Shown in pieces: positions 58,486 through 64,000 of a stretch of DNA of 64,000 nt (position 1 is the stretch's first letter; the number at the start of each line of letters is the position of its first letter). The notes beneath the pieces were generated by a model that had not been told where the DNA came from, made no database searches, and worked only from the letters and a program-made list of their open reading frames with translations. The stretch spans positions 520 through 64,519 of the forward strand of contig JAJRUP010000152.1 of the NCBI GenBank assembly GCA_024277725.1, written 5' to 3'. The position numbers and the translations under genes are program-made. The stretch is from a bacterium (GTDB taxonomy: Bacteria > CG2-30-53-67).

Positions 58486-59655
58486 TCACAAACGGCCGAT
58501 CTCTTCCCGGGCCGTCTTTCGCGTCTCCAGGTCCGTCCGAAGAACCTCTTCGATCGTCTCATAATTCCGGTTCCTGCTTTTCTCCATGACCGCCCGGATC
58601 AAACGAGGGATCTGGAGAAAACCGATCCGCCCCTGCAGAAAGGAACTCACCGCCACCTCGTTGGCAGCATTCAAAACAGCCGGCATCAGCCCCCCCTGTC
58701 GCAGGGCATCCTCGGCCAGGGCAATCGCGGGGAAACGTTCACGGTCCGGCTGCTCAAAAGTCAACGGCCCCTGCTCAATCACGTTCAAGAACTCCACCCC
58801 GCTTTCCAGCCGCTCGGGATACCCGAGGGCATAGGCAATGGGGACCCGCATGTCGGGCAGTCCCATCTGGGCCAGGACCGAACCATCGCGGAACTCCACC
58901 ATCGAATGGACGATACTTTCGGGGTGCACAACGATATCAATCTGTTCGACGGGGAGATCGAACAACCAGCGCGCCTCGATCACCTCAAGCCCCTTGTTCA
59001 TCAAGGTCGCGGAATCGATCGTGATCTTTTGCCCCATCTCCCACCGGGGATGCTGCAGGGCATTCTCCGGCCGCACCCGTTCCATCTCGTTTCGGGTCAT
59101 CTCCCGGAAAGGTCCGCCCGATGCCGTCAGGACAAGACGCCGGACCTTGCCGGGGTCCTCTCCTGCCAGGCACTGATAGATGGCACTGTGTTCGCTGTCA
59201 ACGGGAATGATCTCGGCACCGTGCTCTTTCGCTTTCTCCATGACCAGGCGTCCGGCCATGACGAGGGTCTCCTTGTTCGCAAGGGCAACCCGTTTCCCCT
59301 CCTGCACGGCCGCCAGGGTCGGCACCAGTCCGGCCGCACCGACGATGGCCGAGACCACGATATCGACCTCTTTGAGTGTCGCCGCGCGCATCAGGTCTTC
59401 CACACCGGTACCGATTTCGGGGGACGATCCTTTCAGCAGGGAAGCCAGGCGTTCCCGGGCCTCCCTGTCCGCCACGACGACCTGCTTCGGAGCAATGCGC
59501 TTTGTCTGTTCCGCAAGTAATTCCACGTTCCGGTAGGCCGTCAGGGCAATCACTTCAAACCGGTCGGGATGACGGGCAATCACATCCAGGGTGTTGACCC
59601 CGATCGATCCGGTGGACCCGAGAACCACGACCTTCTGTTTACGTGATGCAGCCAT
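58486..59655 (-). CDS. dxr: 1-deoxy-D-xylulose 5-phosphate reductoisomerase
   Basis: VLGSTGSIG, LANKE, DSEHSA motifs. Confidence 0.9.
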   Translation of the reverse strand: MAASRKQKVVVLGSTGSIGVNTLDVIARHPDRFEVIALTAYRNVELLAEQTKRIAPKQVVVADREARERLASLLKGSSPEIGTGVEDLMRAATLKEVDIVVSAIVGAAGLVPTLAAVQEGKRVALANKETLVMAGRLVMEKAKEHGAEIIPVDSEHSAIYQCLAGEDPGKVRRLVLTASGGPFREMTRNEMERVRPENALQHPRWEMGQKITIDSATLMNKGLEVIEARWLFDLPVEQIDIVVHPESIVHSMVEFRDGSVLAQMGLPDMRVPIAYALGYPERLESGVEFLNVIEQGPLTFEQPDRERFPAIALAEDALRQGGLMPAVLNAANEVAVSSFLQGRIGFLQIPRLIRAVMEKSRNRNYETIEEVLRTDLETRKTAREEIGRL

Positions 59656-59679
59656 GTCGCAGGACCTTTCCCGGCAGAA

Positions 59680-60480
59680 CTATCCGATCCCGGACTGGAG
59701 AAGATAGTAGAGTGCCGGCGCGGCAAAGAGGATACTGTCGAAACGATCAAGGACCCCGCCATGCCCCGGAAAGAGAACACCGGAATCCTTGAGACCGGAG
59801 GAACGTTTCAGGATCGACTCGGCCAGGTCTCCGACCTGACCGATCAGCCCGAGTCCCGTCCCCAGAAGGGCCATCGTCACCAGTCCCTCCGGGGAGAAGA
59901 AGAAAAATTTCCCCAATCCCCCGGCCATCAGGGAACAGAACAGCCCGCCCGCCGATCCTTCCAGAGTCTTCTTGGGGCTGACCTTGGGGAAGAGTTTCCG
60001 TTTCCCGTAACGGGTCCCGATATAATAGGCACCGGTATCCCCGGCCCAGACCGTCAGGAAGAGGAAAAAGATCCAGGCCCGCCCGTCTTCCAGGCCACGA
60101 AGCAGGAGAAGATAGCCGAAAAGATAGGGAACATAAAAGAGGCCGAAACAGGTCACGCTGATTTCCCGCACAGCCTGCCCCACTTCCCGTCCCGAAAAGG
60201 TTCGAAAGACCATGGCCAGAAGAACAAAAAGAACCAGTACCCCCGACACCCAGGCGCCATTTCCGGTGTAGAATCCGGAGAGGAGCAGCGCCCCCATCAG
60301 CAGGCCATGAAATTTCTGGAGCCGAAACCCGTCGGATTCCTGCAAGTGATAGAATTCGTTCTGTCCGATAAGGGCGGTGACAAGCAGGGCAAGAAAAAAG
60401 ACAAAGGAATCGCTGAAAAAGATCAGCAGGGCAAGAACCGGAAGACCGACAAAGGCGGTCATCACTCGTTTAGGAGGCAT
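59680..60480 (-). CDS. cdsA: phosphatidate cytidylyltransferase
   Basis: Multi-TM protein with the C-terminal CTP-transferase signature (SxxKRxxGxKDxGxxxPGHGGxLDR). Confidence 0.85.
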   Translation of the reverse strand: MPPKRVMTAFVGLPVLALLIFFSDSFVFFLALLVTALIGQNEFYHLQESDGFRLQKFHGLLMGALLLSGFYTGNGAWVSGVLVLFVLLAMVFRTFSGREVGQAVREISVTCFGLFYVPYLFGYLLLLRGLEDGRAWIFFLFLTVWAGDTGAYYIGTRYGKRKLFPKVSPKKTLEGSAGGLFCSLMAGGLGKFFFFSPEGLVTMALLGTGLGLIGQVGDLAESILKRSSGLKDSGVLFPGHGGVLDRFDSILFAAPALYYLLQSGIG

Positions 60481-61282
60481 CTTCCTTCCCTTTCACCTGT
60501 TCGCCTGTCATGCCGTATCGCCGTTCCCGTTTCTGGTAATCGAGGAGTGCTTCGAGAAACTCCTTCCGTTTGAAGTCGTGCCAGAGGATAGAAGTAAAAT
60601 AGAGTTCGGTATAGACCGACTGCCAGGTGAGAAAATTACTGACCCGAAGCTCGCCGCTCGTCCGGATAATCAGGTCCGGATCGGGGCAGTCTCTCGTGTA
60701 CATCCGGGCGCTTAATACCGCTTCATCAATCTCCTCGGGCCGGATCCGGCCGTCGGCAACTTCCTGTGCCAGGGACTGCACCGCATCGATAATCTCCGCC
60801 CGTCCACCGTAACTCAAGGCAAGATTCAGAGTCATCTGTTGATTCGCTCCCGTCTCCCTCTCGGCCCAATGGAGGAGTTCCTGGATATTCTCCGGCAGGT
60901 CCCGGATCCTCCCGATGGCCCGGAAACGGATCCCCTTCTCCTGCATCACCCGAACTTTCTTTTTGATATATTCCTTGAGAATCCCCATGAGGGCCCGGAC
61001 CTCGGCCCGCGGACGCTGCCAGTTCTCCGCGGAAAAGGCATAGAGGGTCAGGACACGGACACCTGTTTCGCGGGCGCAGGCGACCACTTCGTCGACGGAA
61101 CGCACCCCTTCCTTGTGCCCCATGATACGGGGGAAGGAACGCGCTCCGGCCCATCGGCCGTTTCCATCCATAATAATGGCGACATGGTAGGGAAGTGCGG
61201 CAGGATCAATCTGGTGAAAGAGGCCCGGATAACGTTTTGCCGTCTCGTTGCATTCTCCCGTAGGAGGCAAATCTTTGTTCAT
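60470..61282 (-). CDS. uppS: isoprenyl transferase (undecaprenyl diphosphate synthase)
   Basis: HVAIIMDGNGRWA and the RTSGE...FLLWQ-like C-terminal motif. Confidence 0.9.
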   Translation of the reverse strand: MNKDLPPTGECNETAKRYPGLFHQIDPAALPYHVAIIMDGNGRWAGARSFPRIMGHKEGVRSVDEVVACARETGVRVLTLYAFSAENWQRPRAEVRALMGILKEYIKKKVRVMQEKGIRFRAIGRIRDLPENIQELLHWAERETGANQQMTLNLALSYGGRAEIIDAVQSLAQEVADGRIRPEEIDEAVLSARMYTRDCPDPDLIIRTSGELRVSNFLTWQSVYTELYFTSILWHDFKRKEFLEALLDYQKRERRYGMTGEQVKGKEDAS

Positions 61283-61333
61283 CGGATTGATTGTATCCGT
61301 TTTGGAATGACATCATCTTGCGAGGGGACCTTC

Positions 61334-61891
61334 TCAGACCGTCATGACATCTTCTTCCTTGGCCTGGAGGACCTGATCCGCCTCCTTGACAAATTCATCG
61401 GTCAGCTTCTGAATCTCGTCCATGGCTTTATGAAGTGCATCTTCGGTGATCTCTTTTTCTTTTTCCATCTTCTTGAGTTTGTCATTCGCCTCTTTCCGGG
61501 CGTGTCGAACCGCAACCCGGCAGTCTTCGGCCATATTCCGGATGACCTTCACGATCTCCCGTCTTCGCTCTTCCGTCAGTTCCGGGATGGTAATCCGGAT
61601 CACCTTGCCGTCATTGGAAGGCGTCAACCCCAGGTCCGAAGAGAGAATGGCCTTTTCGATCGCCTTCAAAGCCGAGGCATCCCAGGGCTGAACGGCAATG
61701 GTCCGGCTCTCCGGAACCGAAAGGGTGGCCATCTGGTTCAGACGGGTGGCCGTCCCGTAATAGTCGACCATGACATGGTCCAGGATCCCCGTCGAAGCAC
61801 GGCCCGTCCGGACCCGGGCGTATTCTTTCTTCAAGGCTTCGATGGCCTTCTCCATCTGCGCTTGGGTCCTCGATTTCAATTCCGTAATCAT
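61334..61891 (-). CDS. frr: ribosome recycling factor
   Basis: 185 aa with a typical RRF coiled-coil (VRTGRA..LL). Confidence 0.9.
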   Translation of the reverse strand: MITELKSRTQAQMEKAIEALKKEYARVRTGRASTGILDHVMVDYYGTATRLNQMATLSVPESRTIAVQPWDASALKAIEKAILSSDLGLTPSNDGKVIRITIPELTEERRREIVKVIRNMAEDCRVAVRHARKEANDKLKKMEKEKEITEDALHKAMDEIQKLTDEFVKEADQVLQAKEEDVMTV

Positions 61892-62613
61892 GATTCCCCT
61901 CCCCGTACCAAGGTACCGATTCTCTCTCCAGCCAACACCTTATTGATGTTTCCTTTTTTCATCATATTGAATACGATAATCGGCAGGTTGTTGTCCATGC
62001 ATAAGGAGATTGCCGTGGCATCCATCACTTTCAAGCGCTTTTGCAGGACATCGAGGTACGTCACCTCCGGCAGGAACTGTGCACGGTCGTCCTTCATCGG
62101 GTCCGCCGTATAGACACCGTCGACCTTGGTCGCCTTCATGATAACGTCGGCATTGATCTCCATGGCACGGAGGGCCGCCGCCGTATCGGTGGTGAAGAAG
62201 GGATTGCCCGTTCCGCCGCCGAAAATCACCACCCGTCCCTTCTCCAGATGGCGGGTCGCCCGTCTCCGGATGTAGGGTTCGGCCAGTTCCTTCATCTCCA
62301 GGGCGGAGAGAACCCGCGTATCGATCCCCACATTCTCCAGGACATTCTGGAGGGCCAGGGCATTCAGCATGGTCGCCAACATCCCCATGTAGTCGCCCGT
62401 GGCCCGGTCCATCCCCTGGGCAACACCGGCAACCCCCCGAAAGATATTTCCCCCGCCGATGACCAGCGCCGTCTCGACATGGAGCGCCGTAATCTCCTTG
62501 ACTTCCTCGGCAATGGTCCGGAGGGTCTCGGGATCAATCCCGTAGGCCTGTTTCCCCATCAGGGCTTCTCCGCTCAACTTGAGCAGCACCCTTCTGTATT
62601 TAAGATCTGCCAC
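61888..62613 (-). CDS. pyrH: UMP kinase
   Basis: [22 protein letters not shown] start with GGGAAAGGA RBS. Candidate -35/-10 (TTGCCG-17-TACTAT) about 40 nt upstream. Confidence 0.9.
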   Translation of the reverse strand: MADLKYRRVLLKLSGEALMGKQAYGIDPETLRTIAEEVKEITALHVETALVIGGGNIFRGVAGVAQGMDRATGDYMGMLATMLNALALQNVLENVGIDTRVLSALEMKELAEPYIRRRATRHLEKGRVVIFGGGTGNPFFTTDTAAALRAMEINADVIMKATKVDGVYTADPMKDDRAQFLPEVTYLDVLQKRLKVMDATAISLCMDNNLPIIVFNMMKKGNINKVLAGERIGTLVRGGES

Positions 62614-62680
62614 GAAATCCTTTCCCTAAATGCATAGTATAAAGTCTGATTTCATACGGCAAGGTAAAAAGCTCCGGATG

Positions 62681-62783
62681 CAAGGCGCGAAGATTTTGTG
62701 GAGTGAGGCGTACTTTTTTGTACATCGCAACGAACACAAAATCTGATAAACGCAGCAGACGGACTTTTTACGCAGCCGCCATA
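62681..62783 (+). repeat. copy B of the ~103-bp paralogous intergenic element
   Basis: caaggcgcgaagattttgtggagtgaggcgtacttttttgtacatcgcaacgaacacaaaatctgataaacgcagcagacggactttttacgcagccgccat. Stem 62691-62700 pairs with 62735-62744. Compensatory changes relative to copy A. Confidence 0.5.
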
Positions 62784-62801
62784 GAAATATTGCAGGACTC
62801 G

Positions 62802-63734
62802 TTATTCACCCTGGAGCTGGGCCTGTATTTCCGCGGCAAAATTTTCCTGCTTCTTTTCGATTCCCTCCCCCAGTTCGTAACGGACGAAGCGGCGGATCTC
62901 GAATCCCTCGCCGATCTTCGCCTGACTCTCTTTCACGAGATCGAAGATCTTTACGTCGGTATCCTTGACGAAGGGCTGCTCAAGCAGGCAAATCTCCCCG
63001 AAATATTTTTCGATACGCCCCTGGACGATCTTCTCGATAATCTTTTCCGGTTTACCCGACTCCAGGGCCTGTTCCCGGTAGACGGTCTTTTCCCGTTCCA
63101 GAACATCGGCCGCAACATCATCACGGGTCAGATAAAGGGGGCGGGCCGCTGCAATGTGCATGGTCAGGTCCTTGAGCCGTTCCTGAAATTCTTCTTTTTC
63201 CGCCATCTCCGCCGACGGACAGGCCACCTCCAGCAGGACCCCGATCTTGCCCCCCATATGGATATAGGAGGCCACCTTTACATCCTCTCCGGAATAGCGG
63301 GTAAAACGACGAATGGTCATGTTCTCCCCGATCGTCGCGATCCGGTCTTTCAGGTTTTCATCCACGCTCCGACCGTCATCCATTTTCTCCGCCGAAAGGG
63401 TCGTAAGATCCGCCGGAGCCGCATTGAGGATCACCTGGGCCACCTGGTTACAGAAGCTCTGAAACTCCTGGTTCTTCGCCACAAAATCAGTCTCTGAGTT
63501 GACTTCCAGGAGGCAACCGGTAGAGCCGTCGTCCGTTAAAGCCGCCACCACCAAGCCTTCCGAAGCAACGCGGCCGGCCTTCTTGGCCGCAGCGGAGAGC
63601 CCCTTTTTCCGCAGAAAATCGATGGCCGCCTCCAGATCTCCACCCGTTTCCGCCAGGGCCTTCTTGCAATCCATGATGCCGGCCCCGGTCCGTGTGCGCA
63701 ACTCTTTTACCTGTACTGCTGATATCCCACTCAT
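62802..63734 (-). CDS. tsf: translation elongation factor Ts
   Basis: VKELRTRTGAGIMDCKKAL N-terminal UBA-like motif. rpsB-tsf-pyrH-frr order. Confidence 0.9.
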   Translation of the reverse strand: MSGISAVQVKELRTRTGAGIMDCKKALAETGGDLEAAIDFLRKKGLSAAAKKAGRVASEGLVVAALTDDGSTGCLLEVNSETDFVAKNQEFQSFCNQVAQVILNAAPADLTTLSAEKMDDGRSVDENLKDRIATIGENMTIRRFTRYSGEDVKVASYIHMGGKIGVLLEVACPSAEMAEKEEFQERLKDLTMHIAAARPLYLTRDDVAADVLEREKTVYREQALESGKPEKIIEKIVQGRIEKYFGEICLLEQPFVKDTDVKIFDLVKESQAKIGEGFEIRRFVRYELGEGIEKKQENFAAEIQAQLQGE

Positions 63735-63797
63735 GCTTGTCTCTCCTTAATGACAAAAAACCTCAACCCTTCACATATCGAGGGTCGGGCAGATCTA

Positions 63798-64000
63798 TTC
63801 CGGGGCGGCCTCGGAAGATGCCGGGGCTTCCGCCGCAGGATCCGAACCCGCTGCAGCGACTTCGCCGGCAGCCGCCATCATTTCCGCTTCCACCTCCGGC
63901 ATCCGCTGCTCTTTTGCTTCACAGACGGCATTGGCAATCTTGGAGGCCAACAACCGGATGGAACGAATCGCATCATCATTTCCGGGAATGATATAATCGA
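63798..64000 (-). CDS. rpsB: 30S ribosomal protein S2, partial (C-terminal part; N-terminus beyond window end)
   Basis: Reverse-complement translation ...[68 protein letters not shown] matches the conserved S2 C-terminal [10 protein letters not shown] region plus an acidic tail. Confidence 0.8.

Overview
The window is about 58% GC bacterial chromosomal DNA whose gene content and order resemble Deltaproteobacteria/Desulfobacterota; I do not assign an organism. It is almost entirely core metabolism and translation.

Main blocks, left to right:
- gmk-rpoZ-coaBC, with remA-like and yicC genes.
- RqcH, glutamate dehydrogenase, an MFS transporter and an HD-GYP response regulator.
- The conserved ffh-rpsP-KH-rimM-trmD-rplS-rnhB-yraN operon, then rpe.
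- A PEP-CTERM surface protein.
- A TusA/DsrE pair followed by a hybrid histidine kinase.
- An LTA-synthase/sulfatase-like membrane protein.
- A three-gene archaeal-type glutamate synthase.
- lptF and an lptG interrupted by a stop codon.
- An RCK potassium channel and a histone-deacetylase-like gene.
- A contiguous minus-strand cluster sdhCDAB-sucCD-korDABG-ndk.
- A secreted S8 protease and proS.
- The rpsB-tsf-pyrH-frr-uppS-cdsA-dxr-rseP-ispG operon with nth.

I found no rRNA, tRNA, CRISPR array, transposase, integrase or recognisable defence, toxin-antitoxin or phage genes.

The unusual material is mostly non-coding:
- A two-copy ~100-bp element whose stem shows compensatory base changes between the copies.
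- A ~275-nt GC-rich structured element closed by a 24-nt inverted repeat.
- A composite repeat family (hairpin module plus degenerate ~60-bp tandem repeats) around nth and ispG.
- A nested palindromic AT-rich element inside the kor operon.

On the coding side:
- Two uncharacterised modules built from DUF4388-like and roadblock-like domains.
- Two secreted proteins with C-terminal sorting-signal-like tails.
- lptG cut by an in-frame TAA inside an AT-rich patch.

All calls rest on reading the translations and the sequence directly; no database search was run.
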